Below, piece by piece: positions 24,612 to 39,551 of a stretch of DNA of 64,000 nucleotides. The notes under the pieces are model-generated. The model had not been told where the DNA came from, ran no database searches, and saw only the letters and a list, made by a program, of their open reading frames with translations. The stretch is from Octopus sinensis (taxonomy: Eukaryota), in assembly GCF_006345805.1 (NCBI RefSeq), contig NC_043010.1, forward strand, positions 1,984,001 to 2,048,000, written 5' to 3'. The translations under genes were made by a program, and so were the position numbers. Each line of letters begins with the position of its first letter. Positions within the stretch are counted from its first letter, which is position 1.

Positions 24612-25602
24612 TATGCACATATACACACATGGTATTGAGGTGATATGAAAATGATATGAGTAAGATATGATACATCAGATCTTGCATTATAAAAATTTAA
24701 ACTTCTTGAGCAATGAGAAAATTTTGAGAAGGTCACAAATACAGAAATGCGTGAATACTTGAATGAGATGGAAAAACAATCACTCAAAAGGTGGAGCCTC
24801 TACCTTTTACAAAATAAATTATATAAATATAATATATATATATGATATATATATGTATATATATATATATAATATATATATATATATATGATATATATAT
24901 TATGCATATATACATATAATACATGCATATATATCATCTGTGTGTATAAATATTATATATATAATATACATATATATCATATATATATATGTGTATAAAT
25001 ATTATATATGTGTATAAATATTATATATATGTATAAATATATATACATATATATATGTATAAATATTATATATACATATATATATATGTATAAATATTAT
25101 ATATATATTTATATATATTTACATCAATATTATATCTATATCGATAATATATGTACATTTTTATACACACATACACACACACATATGTGTATGTGTGAAG
25201 AATAAAACTTAAATTTTGCAATACTTATAAAAGAAACACTCAAAAATAAATTCAAAACCAATTAAACAAAAGTCTGAATGCCAGCATTCAGAAAGAAAAC
25301 CAGAGGTACACACATACACACACACACACACTTTCACATGCACAAAACATGAGTAATTTTCACTAGAAGTGTACATGCTTAATATTCTTTTTTATAAAGA
25401 ACAAAATTCAAACCTCACAATAAACTATCATGTAATACAAGCAGTCATCTTTAGTTTGCATATGTGTGGCAGAGAACATGAAGTGTGTTACAAATTTTAG
25501 AGTTGCTACAACATTTTTATCCATTCCACATTATCTGCACTTCACTATATGTATACAGTATACCATAGTAGACTTTACACACAGTAACTAGTAATACACA
25601 CG

Positions 25603-25636
<34 letters not shown>

Positions 25637-27834
25637 TCTCTAAAACAATGGTCAAGATTTTACCTTATTTTAAAACTCATACTTTTTCAGTAGCTAATGT
25701 TACAATGCCACAGGTATACAAGAATTACAGAGCATGATCAGTGTTACAAATGTTGATTAGATAAGATAGTAACATGAATAAAAAGGACTACTGACAAAAA
25801 AATTGGAATGATCATCATTATAAACATTATTATTATTATTATTATTATTATCATTATTAATTCTAGCACCTCTATTAATAACATTACTACTACACCATAC
25901 TTATGATGCTATCAGCACTATTAACACTGGATTCTTTGAGTGAGTGCAGGAAAGGTCCTATAATTTATTTAGAGTGATTTTATGTAGAAATGGGATGTTA
26001 TGTTTTTATACCTAAGTACCCTTTCCATAAGAGTGTATAAATGCAGGGAAGTGAAATGTCTTCAATAAGTAATCAAAGCTAAATAATGAATATATATATA
26101 TATATCATACTTAATGTATACACATGTTGATAGGCAAGTCACTGCTGTATTTGTTCTGAAATAACATTTCCTATGGAAATATACAATACTACACATCTTT
26201 CACTGTTCTCACTTGATATTATCGTATTTTCTTTGTATATTTCCCATTTTGCAGCAAAGCTGATTTAAATAGGATGCTACTATAAAGACTGTAAAATATA
26301 AATTGGTCTTCAGCATTTTTCTAAATGAGTGTTACACATATTTATTCAGAGGAACAGTTTACACATTGAATTAGGTACTGATACAAGAGTACTCTATGGT
26401 TACGAGTATACCCCTTAAATATTCTCAGGGAGTATTAGTGTGCCAGCAAATGACAAGCCTGTTCTTTGGCATTCAACACTGGGGTCAATTGCTGGCGTTG
26501 AGCCAAAATTTGAAACCATTATATGTAAAATACCATTGATTGGTTTCCTAATAGTTTTCATCTATTCTGTTTTGCTTACAAGATTCAGGTTGACTTGAGC
26601 TTATGCTAGAAGGTACTTGCTTAAGAAACCATGCATTGGGATCAGCTATGGCAGCTCAGGCTTATAAAAGAAATTTAGCCATTTAGCAGTGTTTGTCCTT
26701 GTGATGTAGGAAATATATCACTAATAAAACATCTATTTACATTTTGTTCATATAATGTGTGTGTGTGTGTTTACCTTGATTAGGACTTACCTCTTTAACT
26801 CTTTTGGGAGCAATCTCTTCCAGACTACCTCTAATTGTACATCACTAAGTTTTGCATTTTAAAATTTATCAATTCATATTTGAACTTTCAATCATAATTT
26901 TATCTAAGAACTCTTTTGAGATTTTCCAAAGGAAAAGTTAATCATTTTACTAAGTCCCTTTAAATTCTTTAATATCAAGATTAATTTACTTGAAACTACA
27001 CAGGAGTTTCTTATGATGTTGAAAGGGTTAAGCAAATACACACTATATACAGGGCTGGAATCAAAGAGAAAAAGCAAAAGCCTCAACCAATAAGATGCAA
27101 TACTAATTTTTTCTTCCGGTTTACAGTCTACTCATTCCTTTCCGTTACTTTATAATAAAAGTTAGCAGTTACTTTAAGGTAATATTTTAAAGTGGTAAAA
27201 TATAAACACAAATGCACGCACACACAAAACACCTTATTTCCTTGAAATACCCAGTCTTTTATTTAATAAATCCAGTATCCAAATGAAAGATAGTCACCTT
27301 AACCTATATCTTTTACTGCAGAAATTGTGAAAAGCCAGTCAATTTATAGTTGCAGAAACCCACTAACAAACTATGAATTACACCAGTATTGAACACCATG
27401 TAGTTTCAGTATGTTCATAATGTGGCATCTTTACAGAAGAATACTCTATTATATTATATCCAGTTTGCTCATTTAGAATTAATCAAAATAGCTAGTTTAC
27501 TATCTCTTTTTCATTTTCTCCAAAGATTTGCTTCTTTTCTGATTATTTTGAGGTTTTGTAGATATTTAAGTCAGTAGCACTCAAATTGGAAAGTGTCAGA
27601 ACTATACAAATGGAATGGAATACAATTATCTGAGTTAGGAAGGTCATTGAAGTAGGAGCTAGATTTCAGTTAGCTTGACTGCAATGGGTGTGTAACATTG
27701 CATATCTCAACAGTACAATAATGAAAAAGTACTCTAATGTAAAGTAATATACTGTATCTTATTGGTAATTAGTCATCTAATCTATATCTTCATATTTTGG
27801 AAATTGTAATGAATGAGTGTTAGGTAGTATATAT

Positions 27835-27876
<42 letters not shown>

Positions 27877-27879
<3 letters not shown>

Positions 27880-28350
27880 GTAATAATAAAAGCAAAATTC
27901 TGTCTGTCCATCTGGGACCCCTATATTTCAGTCTACATTTGTTCTACATAGACATATATCTTTTTGGAATCAGGATGATCCTGAGATTGAAAATCTGCCC
28001 TTCATTTGGTTCTTGAACATCCAGCATCGGGATCTGATTTAAAAGCATTTGAGTTGCTATTTCTAGCATCTTGGTTGGCATTTGTCAGATGACATCAAAG
28101 ATCAAGGAGGAGATAAATGACATTCACTTCATTAATTTAACGTTGAGATAAGAACTTTGGGACAAATAGGCCAACAGTTGGAATTCAACTTGAGAATGGA
28201 ACAATAGAATGATTGCATTACAGAATTAATTCTCATCCATCCTTAACCCCTGATCAAACATCACCAGGGCATATAGTCATTATAGGCGTATTATAGTCGT
28301 ATTAGCTCTTGGCCCAATTAGCCCTCTGCAAAAGCAAGCTTTTAAGCTAG
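27877..28350 (+). mobile_element. Non-autonomous Helitron (about 470 bp)
   Basis: a|TCtgtaataataaaagcaaaattctgtctgtc ... hairpin aaaagc-aa-gctttt ... CTAG|t, inserted in (TA)n. Confidence 0.7.
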
Positions 28351-29053
28351 TATATATAAATATATATACAACAATCAGCTTTAGAGAATATAATTACATA
28401 GTCTTATCCTACAACAAGGTGATGGTGTTTGAAGGAAGTGTACAGTTACACACTTCCAGTTTTTTCCTCTGATGAAGCTTAGCAAATATGCATTTTCAGA
28501 AGCACTATAGCCATGTTGTATGAAGATGAATAAATCTAATTATACAATAGTTTATTTTTAACCTGACATTCATCCTTTCTATGGAAGTACTAAGTTTACC
28601 AGATTGATATCTCTCCCTTTTATATATAAATGTATATATTTTTTTTTTTTTTGAATTGATAAAAGGTGGGTTTTTTTCGAATTTTTTAAATATATATATC
28701 ATATTGTGTGAAATTTGATTTAGTATTTCTAAATTGAGTTTTTTGCCTTGTAAGTTTTGGATTTATTCCCTCAAATAATAATTATATATATGAGACAGGG
28801 AGAAAGATTTTAACAAATTCAATCTATTAGTCTAGGCTAATGTAATGAGTTCACAAAGTTTTAATTATTTTGCTTTGAGAAAGAGCAAACTTGCTCTTAT
28901 AAATTACAATTGAGAAACTGCCAATGTATTGACATTTAACTGTAACTAAGCAGTCCATCTTCCTATTTAGCAGGGCTTTTGAAAAGGGGTTTCCTATGGA
29001 GCATTGAAGATGGGTTTATAGAGAAACAATCAAAATATCTGAGAGGTACTTAC

Positions 29054-29125
29054 CTACTCTATTGCAGACTTTAGGTTTTTGCTTCGACAATTGTCTCAGT
29101 GACAATCCAGCCCTAAACCTGGCAT
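29054..29125 (-). CDS. Candidate 72-nt symmetric cassette exon
   Basis: tttaatatag|ATGCC...GAGTAG|gtaagt. Only the phase-1 frame is open: DARFRAGLSLRQLSKQKPKVCNRV. Confidence 0.25.
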
Positions 29126-30240
29126 CTATATTAAATGCACTTACTTTACTAACTTATGATACAATATACTATACTATAATATATATGTTGAGAAAATAAT
29201 AAAATTGATAATAATAATGATAATGAAAATGATGGTTATATAAATTATTTGTAAAAAGCTTGGATCCATTGTGTTTTCATTTTAAGGCAGAACATTACAA
29301 TTTAATTTTTATTTTATGATTAATTTTTTTTTTATTAACAAACTTTTCTTTTAACAAAATAGCTGATGTAATTAGGAAGTGAAAAAAAAATATATATATA
29401 AGAAAGAATGAAATGTTAGCTGTGAGCTTTTGAGTAAAATGGTTGTATAATTTGGCGATAACTGTTCTTTGTCAACAAAGATATTTATTTCAATGAATAG
29501 AAAAAACACACGCATACACACACAAAAAAAAATAATAATCTTTTCATTCCCCACCGGGATCCAACCCACCCACAAATAACTAGGATTCCTATGGATCCCT
29601 TACCATATATTACATTCAAAATCAAATTTTGTGTCAACATGTATTGATTAATAAGTATGTATTTCATACAGAGAGGTGGGACACCAGTTCAAATGCAAAG
29701 AATTCCATGCAGAAGAGACAATTATGAATGGGAGGAAAACATTTGTGGTTGCATTTTCCAATTTTTCTTTTAACTTTACAAGATTATATATATATATATA
29801 TATATATACATGCACACACACATACACACACAACTAAAAAATAACAAAAGTCTTCAAAATTTTAATTTTGACTTTGATTTTTCTATTCTTTCCTTTTTGG
29901 TTTTTTCCTTTTTTTCTAAATTTTACTCAAATTTATATTGGTTACATTTGTTAAGCACAAAGCCCTATACCTTATAAAGGGATTGGGGTTGGGGAAGGGA
30001 GATGGGGTTTGTGATGTTCATGCCTCTTCAAAGAGCACTAGTTTGTGTGAGTGGGGATGAGTAGAATGGTTTCCAACAAGAGGACTCATCTGAAACCAAA
30101 GTCACAGATAACATCTCTCATTAGGAACTTCGCTAGCTTTAATTACACAACTTGATCGTCACTTTGTCCCTCCTCTTTCCCTCCTAGCTAATATATGTGG
30201 TGGGTGGAGGGTGTCTTATGTAGACACAAAGCCTTAGGTT

Positions 30241-30287
30241 TTAAAGGAAATTATGGAAGCAGAACGCAGTGGAATGTTTATATCTAC
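30241..30287 (-). CDS. Candidate short terminal exon
   Basis: Good acceptor cattattacttttcag|G; phase-1 reading GRYKHSTAFCFHNFL*. About 1 kb of element-free UTR-like sequence follows. Confidence 0.3.
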
Positions 30288-30420
30288 CTGAAAAGTAATA
30301 ATGATGTAAAGTTCAGTGGAGGTGGTCACCACAAGCAGAAACATAAACTGGCTCTTAGATTTGATCCAACAACAATTATCGTTTTTTAACCAATGGCTTC
30401 ATGGCAATTTTGCCACTCAC

Positions 30421-30455
30421 CAATACTAGGTTCAATTTGATTAAGCATGAGGGCC
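30421..30455 (-). CDS. Candidate 35-nt exon
   Basis: aaatatag|GGCCC...TATTG|gtgagt; reading RALMLNQIEPSI. It could splice over a 133-nt intron to 30287. Confidence 0.25.
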
Positions 30456-31540
30456 CTATATTTTTTAAGGTATGGGAATATGGGGAAATATGATGAGCAT
30501 GAATTTTTATGAAAGGTATTTAGCAGCATAAGTGAAGTGAAAATGTAAGTAAAGTGAACTGGCTTCAATAAGGAATTGAAACTGCGATGAAATCTTGGCT
30601 TGCCAAGGAGCTTACCACTTGCTCTTACGATGCATGCCAAAACAAGTCACCAGTAACAAAATATGGAAAGCTAAGAAAAATTTTGTTGAAATTTTTTAAA
30701 AATTAAATCAAGGCAGTGTTTTTTGTATCAATGAAAATTATATGTTTGTTAGTATATATGTACATATATGTATGTGTGTGTGTGTGAGTTTGTGCATGTA
30801 TACATATATTTGTATGTGTGTGTATCATCTTACTGTGCAATAAATGTACCAAACTTGCTTGATAAAGTTTTCTGAAAAGGTTGTTGTGTGTGTGTGTGTG
30901 TGTGTGTGTGTGCATGTAGTAGGCGGCTGTAGTGGGGAATATAGAAACTACGATACCTTTGGGCACTAATGGTCCTGATAATTGGATGGAAGTTATGGAG
31001 ATTAATGGTAATAAATTGTAACATTTGGTTTAAGAGATCAGATGGAAACAGAAAAACATTGACAGGAGATGGGATTGTGAAACAAAACATATATGTCAAC
31101 ATGTAATACATAGGGATACACAGACAGACAGCCAGACAGACAGGCATGAGGACGAGAGAGACAGAGAGCTTGAATGAGTGGTGAAGAGGATATACTAAAC
31201 CAATTGTAAATTAGCATGTATAAGAGTTTAAAAGAGAGATGGAGGAACAGAGAGAGAGTAAATGTGTGCTTATATGTGTGCATATTGATATGTGTGTATA
31301 AGAAAATGTGTGAAAAATATAAGAATAATAGCATTGGAGAGAAAGACAAAGGCAAGAATACAGTTTGGGAACAAACACAGAATGCGACAGAGTATAATGA
31401 GGGGAAAAGCAAGAGAAAAACAAAATATAGAAAATGGGATGATATAAGAAGACAATAAAAAAAGGCAAAAACGAAATGAATAAAAACTCAAAATTGTGTT
31501 GCAAAAATATCTAAAGTATACTGTAGAAATTTCTTAACGT

Positions 31541-31985
31541 AAAGTGTATTGCTAAAAAATCAAGTGTCTTGCTAAAATGTCAAAAGTGTATTGCTAAAAA
31601 AACAAAACAAAAGGAAGTGTATTTGCAAAAAGAAAGAAATAAAAAATTCAAAAGTGCACAGCTAAAAGGTTAAGTGTGTGTTGCTGGAAGATCAAATAGG
31701 TATTACTAAAAAGATACAGTATAGTGCTACAAAATAATAATAAGGATGAAAATAATATAACTAAAAAGTGTTTTGTCAATTTTGAAAAGTATTACCAGAC
31801 GTTTCAACTGTATGTTTGTAAAAGTCAACAAATTTTGGTGCTAGAATGTCAAAATAAATTGTACAAATGTGTAAAAGTGTATTTCTAAAAAAAAGTCAAA
31901 AGTGTGTTGCTAAAATGTCAAAAGTGTGTTGCTAGATTGTCAAAATTCCGTTGCTAAAGATGTCAAAAAATCCGCTGTTAAAAAA
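31541..31985. repeat. Decayed ~20-22-bp minisatellite
   Basis: Recurrent (gtc)aaaagtgt(a/g)ttgctaaaa units, for example at 31541, 31562, 31580, 31895 and 31918. Confidence 0.7.
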
Positions 31986-32420
31986 AATCAAATGAGCATG
32001 CATTGCCAAAACATAAAATGTGCAGTGATAAAAAGTGCATATTTAAAAAAATTAAATGAAATGTGCACTGTTAAAAAAAAACCCAAAAGAAATAGTGCTT
32101 GATGAAAAAATGAGGCAGAAATTTTACAAAAGAAAAACAACCAAAATAGTAATTTGATAAAAGTTTAAAATGATATGAATGAAAAACTGAGAAGGGAAAA
32201 GATAAAACAAAGGAGATTGATGAAGAGAATTGCTTGATTTGGAAGAGGGAAACATAAAGAATGAAAAGAACCACAGTATCTCTCTTCGTCTACACAGATG
32301 TGTAGTCGAGAAAAATAGAAAATAAGTGTGTGTGTGTGTGCATGTGCACAAGGAGAGTGGGGCAAATACATGAAAAAAATGAAGAGCAGGTTGGGAAGTA
32401 AAAGATAAGCATAAAATGTG

Positions 32421-32466
<46 letters not shown>

Positions 32467-32682
32467 TAATGAGAGAGAGAGAGAGACAGACAGACAGTGT
32501 ACATGAAAGGGAGAGAGAGAAACTACAAAACAAGGAAGACAAAAATTGTTATGTGTGTATATGAGAGAAAAACAGAGTATGTCTTGTGAGTAAAAAAGAA
32601 ATAGGAGGAATGTCAATGTGTGTTGGTGTTTGTGTAAAAAAGAGAATGAAAGCAGTTTAAATTCACAAAAGAGAAAGCCTTA

Positions 32683-32720
<38 letters not shown>

Positions 32721-33802
32721 ATGCAGCTGTAGTGAAGAAATAGTAAAATAGTAGAAAAAGATATGTATTTCACTAACAGAGAAAGAGAGAGAGAGAGCAC
32801 TAAAAGAAAGCATGGCAGCTATACTTTTGAATATGTATATGTCTGTTTGCATGTGTTTATATATAGGTGTGTGTGTGTGTGTGTGTGTGTAAGAGACAGA
32901 AAGAGAGAATGACATAGAGCGAGAAGAACTAAGAGTCAAAGACAGTGGGAGAGAAAAAGTGAGATTATGAAATCAGTGAAACTTCAGGGAGTATAAGAGG
33001 AGAAAATAAAGAGACAGAGAGTAGAGAGGTTGAAGAATAGGGGAGAGAAAGGTTAGAAACCCCAAAACAGGCAAAAAAAAGTCTTTTTTTGTATGTTTAC
33101 ACCTTTTTTTCTTCTTCTTCTTTGCTAACCCCTGCAACCCCATTCACTTCATTCTTCTATCTGCCTCAGCTCAGCCTCACCCTCTTCCACTTTTCGAACA
33201 ATAATACTGAGATATTTCAGGATTTGATTTCCAAACAATAAACAATCTAAACATTTTGGTGGGGATTTCATGATGATCATAGCATCTAATTGCCAAAAAC
33301 TATTTGCAAACACTTAGAAAATTGGAATAATAACAATAATAATATAATTGTTATTATTATTGTTATTATTAAAATGTAAAATAGTGATGATGATGATGAT
33401 AATAATGATGATTTCTTTTGTAATAATAATAATAATAATAATGATAAAGACCAGGTTATTAATAATAAGTCAAAGCAAGGTCAAAAGAAATAATAATCAA
33501 ATGTAATAATAATAATAATAATAATATAATAATCAAAATTAATAGTAGCAAACATTTGTAAAACAACAAATAAAAAACAAGAAAAATTACCCCCACTTCC
33601 AACAAAAAAGGAAACAAAACAAATATATAAATAGAAACAACTGATGATTTGAAAGCAAATTAGAGGCTGAATTAAAGTTTATTGACAAAAAACAAAGAAT
33701 GGAAAAGTCCCAGATTTATTTGATCATTCTGTGAGTTCCATTTATATTGATTAGTTAGAAGAAAGGAAACAAAAGATCCAAAAATTATCCATCCATCTAT
33801 CT

Positions 33803-33844
<42 letters not shown>

Positions 33845-34699
33845 ACGCACACATATATATACATATGTATAAAGATATATGTATGTATATATATATGTAT
33901 ATATGTGCACAAATGTATGTATGCATATAGATACACACACATACATATATACACACACATATTCATTCTTACCGACATACATATAATGAAACAAACTAAA
34001 TTAAATTAAAATAATGAAATAATGGAAGTCTTTTAAAAAGGGCACAAAAGCCCTATTATTTCAAAAGGGGCACTAAAAAGGAAAGTTGATGGGGCTTTGG
34101 AGTAATGTTCTTTGCTCCCTATAATTTTTTTTGTTTTACCAAAGGCATTAAAATGAAGTTAAGTAATATAATAACAATATAACTGCTGACTAGGTTGTTC
34201 AGGGTTCAATTTTTTATGAGAGAAGCATTGGCTGGGGTGAAGGTAAATGTTTATAAAGAGCAAGTGCACCATCAATTTAATGATATAGGAGTAATGAAAT
34301 GGAAAAGAAAACATGATCCTGACAGAATTTGAACCCAGAGTCTTGAGTAATGAGACTTAATATTATATGAGGATCTACCAATTCTGCCATTTGGAAAAAA
34401 ATGTGATATTTTTAGTCTGCTTTTATTTTTTTGTTAGGTGAAATAGCATAAAGTCACGTTATTTTTGCAGAAAGAGTGAATGTTTTGGGAGATCTGTCGG
34501 TTTCAGCAGGATTTGAACTTACTTTGTCGGTTGGATTTACTCAGTAAATTGCTAGTATATTTATATATATATATATATAAATAAATATATAATGTGTGTG
34601 TGTGTGTATACACAAATATACACATGTGCGCGCGCACACACACACACAAAGCAAGTAGTGGGGTTATGGGGAAGGGGAGGGTTAGATTCCTATTTCTAT

Positions 34700-34885
34700 T
34701 TCTTTACTGCCCACAGACAAACGGATTAAGTCGATTATATCGAACCCAGTGTGTAACTGGTACTTATTTAATCGATCCCGAAAGGATGAAAGGCAAAGTC
34801 GACCTTAGCGGAATTTGAACTCCAAACATTATGGCAGACGAAATACCGCTAAGCATTTCGCCCGGCGTGCTAACGTTTCTGCCAG
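34700..34885 (-). mobile_element. SINE family B, relatively young
   Basis: ctggtacttatttaatcgatcccgaaaggatgaaaggcaaagtcgacc...gaatttgaactc...cccggcgtgctaacgtttctgccag, near-identical to 63585-63812. Confidence 0.9.
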
Positions 34886-35891
34886 AGGACAAATGTTTGA
34901 GAGGAAAGGATGTAAGAGAAGCAGTTATTGTTGCTTCTGGAGTGAAAGATGGGGCTGGATGTGATATGAGTAAATGGAAAGAAGTGGTGGTGGGGAAGTG
35001 GATTAGGTTGGCTTAACCTGAACAGATCAAGTGAGCCTGAATGAAAGTGCCATAAAATCAGCAGTAGAGGCAACTGTAGTTGTGGTAGGAAAGGCAAAGG
35101 GAGCTTTTTATTTTATTTGCAGGGAGAAGATAAAAGAATAAGTTAATCCAGTTGGAATCAAAATTAAGTGGCCTGAATTTACAATACACAGAAATGCATG
35201 CATGTCACCTGATGTTCAACTGCCTTGACCATCTTATTTCTTTTGTGGCAAGGCAGAACGCTTGAAATTTATAGAAGAAATCGAATAAATGAACCCACAT
35301 CACGGCAAGAAATGCAAAGAAGGGCAGCTCTGTAAAACTCACTAGTTCACCTGGAACTGACCCCAGAGACAAGGCTGGGAAATGAGTCTAAAAAAAAAAT
35401 GCAAGCATTGATGCTAATGGCAGTGCTCCAGCATGGCAACAGCCTCTGGCTGAAACCAATAACAGAATAATACCATGACATTTGATATTTGACATTGGTA
35501 TCAAATATCTCAAAGGCATTTAGCAGAGTGTGTGAATAGCTACAATTAGGAATCAAAAGACAGTCATGGAATCACCTCACCAGGGGCTAGCATCTTGTCT
35601 ATTTCGATGACAATAGGCTAGTTTGTATTTTAACTGTGGCAACTGAAAAGAATTAGTGAAACAAAAATAAATAAATGGAACTTAACCAGCAGCCTTCTTA
35701 GTTTTGCTTAATAACTTTAACCCTTATAAGACAGCTAGGCTCATTTATTTATCTTTTGGATTGGATCACTTGTTTTTTGCTAGAAAAACAAAAAAATTGT
35801 TGGATACTGTATTTTAAGTGTTTGTGTATGTGTAATACCAAAGTGGTTACTATGTACTCACAGGTATGTAGAGTGTGATGTGTGGATGTGG

Positions 35892-35938
<47 letters not shown>

Positions 35939-36017
35939 GTGTGCATACCAATATTTTTATATATCAATATATTTATATGCAAAAATATATATAAATATAT
36001 TTATACACCTATATATC

Positions 36018-36058
<41 letters not shown>

Positions 36059-36109
36059 TACATACATATATATAAATGCATACACATGGATTCATATGAA
36101 TACACAGAA

Positions 36110-36162
<53 letters not shown>

Positions 36163-36459
36163 TTTACATATATGTGTTTATATGTGTGTGTGTGCATATA
36201 AAGATAATTAACCTAGTGTGATCTCACTACTCTGAGTTTTTCAGTTTGTTGCATTTGTTTAATCCACAAATATGAGGAATCTCCTTGTTGCAGCAATAAA
36301 ACAAATCTTTTTCAATAGCTTCGAATGTATAAATTCTACTCAATGTATTGGAAATGGGTTCTGTAGGATGAGCCTAAAGATAATGTTGCTTGTCTTTTCA
36401 TACAACTAAATACATAAGTATATATCCTTATGCAGATCTGTCCTAACACTTAAGGTTCA

Positions 36460-36700
36460 TACTGCCAGAGCCTAATCTGGTTTCCATGGTGTATGAGTGA
36501 CTGAGATTACAACACTATCCACTGGATGGAATCGCAGTCCATCACAGTGTTAACTTCCCAGCTAGCACTGGAACTCATTTACTGCTGAGTGGATTGGAGC
36601 AACACGATATAAAGTGTTTTGTCCAAGAATGCAGTGCATCTCCTGGGTTGGGAATCAAAATCATGATCTTAGGATTGTAAATGCAACAATATAACCACCA
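36460..36700 (-). mobile_element. Old tRNA-derived SINE
   Basis: actcatttactgctgagtggattggagcaac..aagtgttttgtccaag..gggaatcaaa; a related piece is at 47760-47950. Confidence 0.6.
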
Positions 36701-36721
36701 GGTCAATCACCTTCACCATAT

Positions 36722-36756
<35 letters not shown>

Positions 36757-36785
36757 AAGATATATATATGTATACATATATATAT

Positions 36786-37002
36786 ATATTCTGTTGTGTC
36801 TGGGGAGAGTCATTCTCTTTTAGTGCTTTATTGTTTAACACACTCACCGATAAATTTCCACTTATTTCTTATTTTTAAAAAAAATTTTATTTTTATTTTC
36901 TATAGAAAATAAAAATAAGAAATAAGTGGAAATTTTACCAGTGAGTGTGTTAAATAATAAAGCACTAAAAGAGAATGACTCTTCCCAGACACAACAGAAT
37001 AT
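36786..37002. repeat. Fold-back element with about 90-bp arms beside (TA)n
   Basis: 36786-36876 is the reverse complement of 36911-37002 with only a few mismatches. Confidence 0.92.
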
Positions 37003-37054
37003 GCTTCAACACACAAACTCATATAAAGAATCTTGCAAACCAAATCCAAAAATG

Positions 37055-37098
<44 letters not shown>

Positions 37099-37562
37099 CA
37101 TCAGTGTATCATATATTCGAAAAAGAAACAGACTCTAAAGCATAGAGTAGTAATGTATTCATATTCAGTTAAGTGTATGTCCAGTCGTAGAGTGTCCAAT
37201 GATTTCGGATCCTTAAAGTGCATAGCTTTATGGACAACTTGTCAGACTATAATAGCTCTTCAATGTATCTGTGTGTGTGTGTGTGTATACATGTGTGCAG
37301 TTATTAATCATTATAACAGCTGAAATACATAGTGACTACAATGATTTTTTTTTTTTTTTTACTTAAATTAAGCACAAAGCTGTTAATTTTTTTTCGAATA
37401 AAGGAAAGGTTGGGCAAAAAGGGCTTCAACTAAAAAGAGTGTTATGGAGTTTTCTTTACTATTTTTTTTCTCTTCAGTAGTAATAATACATTGAAACACA
37501 ATAATAATAATAATGCTATGAAAATGTACTGAGAACAAAAATAAAAATAAATGTACTGCAAA

Positions 37563-37630
<68 letters not shown>

Positions 37631-38607
37631 TTAAGTAAAATTTAAAAAAACCAACAGGTGAACTGTTAAAATGAAATTTTCTAATCATCAGTAAAATTAT
37701 TATTATTATTATTATGATTATTATTATCATTATTATTATTATTATTATTATCATTATTATCATCATCATCTTTAAAATTTGAAAAAATATTTTTGTATTT
37801 TAAGTCTTTTTTTTTGTAGTATATATATATTGATTCACAAACAAGTAAACAAACATGCAGACTACATCACAGCAATTTTGTCAGGAAGATAAAAAGTAAC
37901 AAACAAACAAACAAACAAATCCCCATAAACATAAAAAATAACATACAAACATAAAAAATAACTTGAATTTCTTCATAATCAAAGAAACAATGAGATGGGT
38001 AATGGGGGGTAAGGACGATGGGGGTAGACAGTGTGTGAGAGAGCGAGTGGGGGGAAGAGGAAGAGAAAACTGTTTTTTTTTTAAAATAAGACCAAGAAAG
38101 TTAAACAAAAACAATTAAAAATAAACAATGGTGGTGGTGATGGTGGTAGTGAGAGGAATGGTGAAAAACAACAACAATAACAATTCAAAAATATAAAGAA
38201 AAGATGTAAACAGAAAAAAAACCAGAAAATAACAGACAATAAAATGAAAGTTTAAAAGACAAATTAAACAAAATTAAAACAAATAAAATTTGAACTATCT
38301 AATAACAACAACAATGCTTGTTAAGGAATATAGCATTGGTGGTGGTGGTCATGGTGGGATTAAGGATGTTATAAAACAATAACAAAACCATAAATAACAA
38401 ACATCATTATAGTCTGTGATTTATCTTGTGTTTCTTTCTTTCTTTGCTTTTGGAATTTTTCTTTTTTTTTCCTTTCTAGAAATTGTTGTAATTGCACTAG
38501 GTAGGTCCATGTGTGTGTGTGTGAGATTTATTTTATTAATACTGTTAATGATGATTATTTTTGCAATTATCATTTCAAACACAGGTACATGTAGCGACAA
38601 TTTTTCT

Positions 38608-38648
38608 TTATTTCTGTTTTTTTTTTCTTTTGGTCGGTGAAGAGAAAG
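38608..38648 (-). CDS. Candidate short terminal exon with basic tail
   Basis: caactacacag|CT TTC...; phase-1 reading AFSSPTKRKKKQK*. About 1.2 kb of element-free UTR-like sequence follows. The acceptor is weak and lies next to a SINE remnant. Confidence 0.2.
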
Positions 38649-39518
38649 CTGTGTAGTTGATTAATTCAACCTTGCCAAACCTGAGTATGTGACTGGTATT
38701 ATATTTTATCAAACCCAGAAGGACATAAGCAAAGTTGACCTTGGCAGTATTTAAACCTGGAACATAATGGACATTTGAACTGTCACAAAATATCCTTGCT
38801 TGATGCTCTACTGATTCTACGAATTTGCTACTATGATGATGATGATAGTGGTGATGATGACAATGATTTCTGAGACAGTGTAACCACAAATATTTATTTG
38901 CGAAAGAGTGCAGGAGCAGCCAATGCTTTTGTTTCACCCAAGCCTACTACAAATGAAAGGCAAAGATGCCCTCTGTGGTTTGTGGATCCAGCATGTAAAA
39001 TAGCATAACTAAATACCATAAGACACTCAGTTAGACATTCTACTGACTTCGTCTGATCTCGCCCCTCTGATGACGATGATGATGATGATGATGATGGTGA
39101 TAATGACAATGAAGTTAAAGAAATTGTTGGTGGTTGTTGCAATGAGTCTTCAGTGAAGTTCCCAGAGATGTAGATGGTAAGGAACTTCAACCAATGGTAT
39201 AAACTTATTTGTGATTGTGATTTTAACTAATGTATTTGAACTGTAAGGTTTTTATGAGTTTTGACGAATACACATGCAGATACACCTGCATGCACTGGTA
39301 CAAGTGTACACACAAGCATGCACATCTATATACATATCCATACATCCATACATATACATAACACATTTCTGCACATATAATATATATATATATATAGATA
39401 TATATATATATATAAAATCATTTTTTTCTTTTTTAATTGGCAGAAATTCACAAGTTACAAAGATGAGTGAAGGGCCAAGATTTTCAGGAATGCCACTTAC
39501 CAAACTGTTTATAAAGTA

Positions 39519-39551
<33 letters not shown>

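Noticed and set aside
26791-26844. Possible 54-nt exon DVQLEVVWKRLLPKELKR, plus micro-exon candidates near 35205, 39915, 46585 and 53800
   Set aside because: They have good donors but weak acceptors, and the number found is about what chance predicts in AT-rich DNA.
38894-39190. 98-aa ORF
   Set aside because: It consists of a diverged SINE plus a (CAT)n microsatellite.
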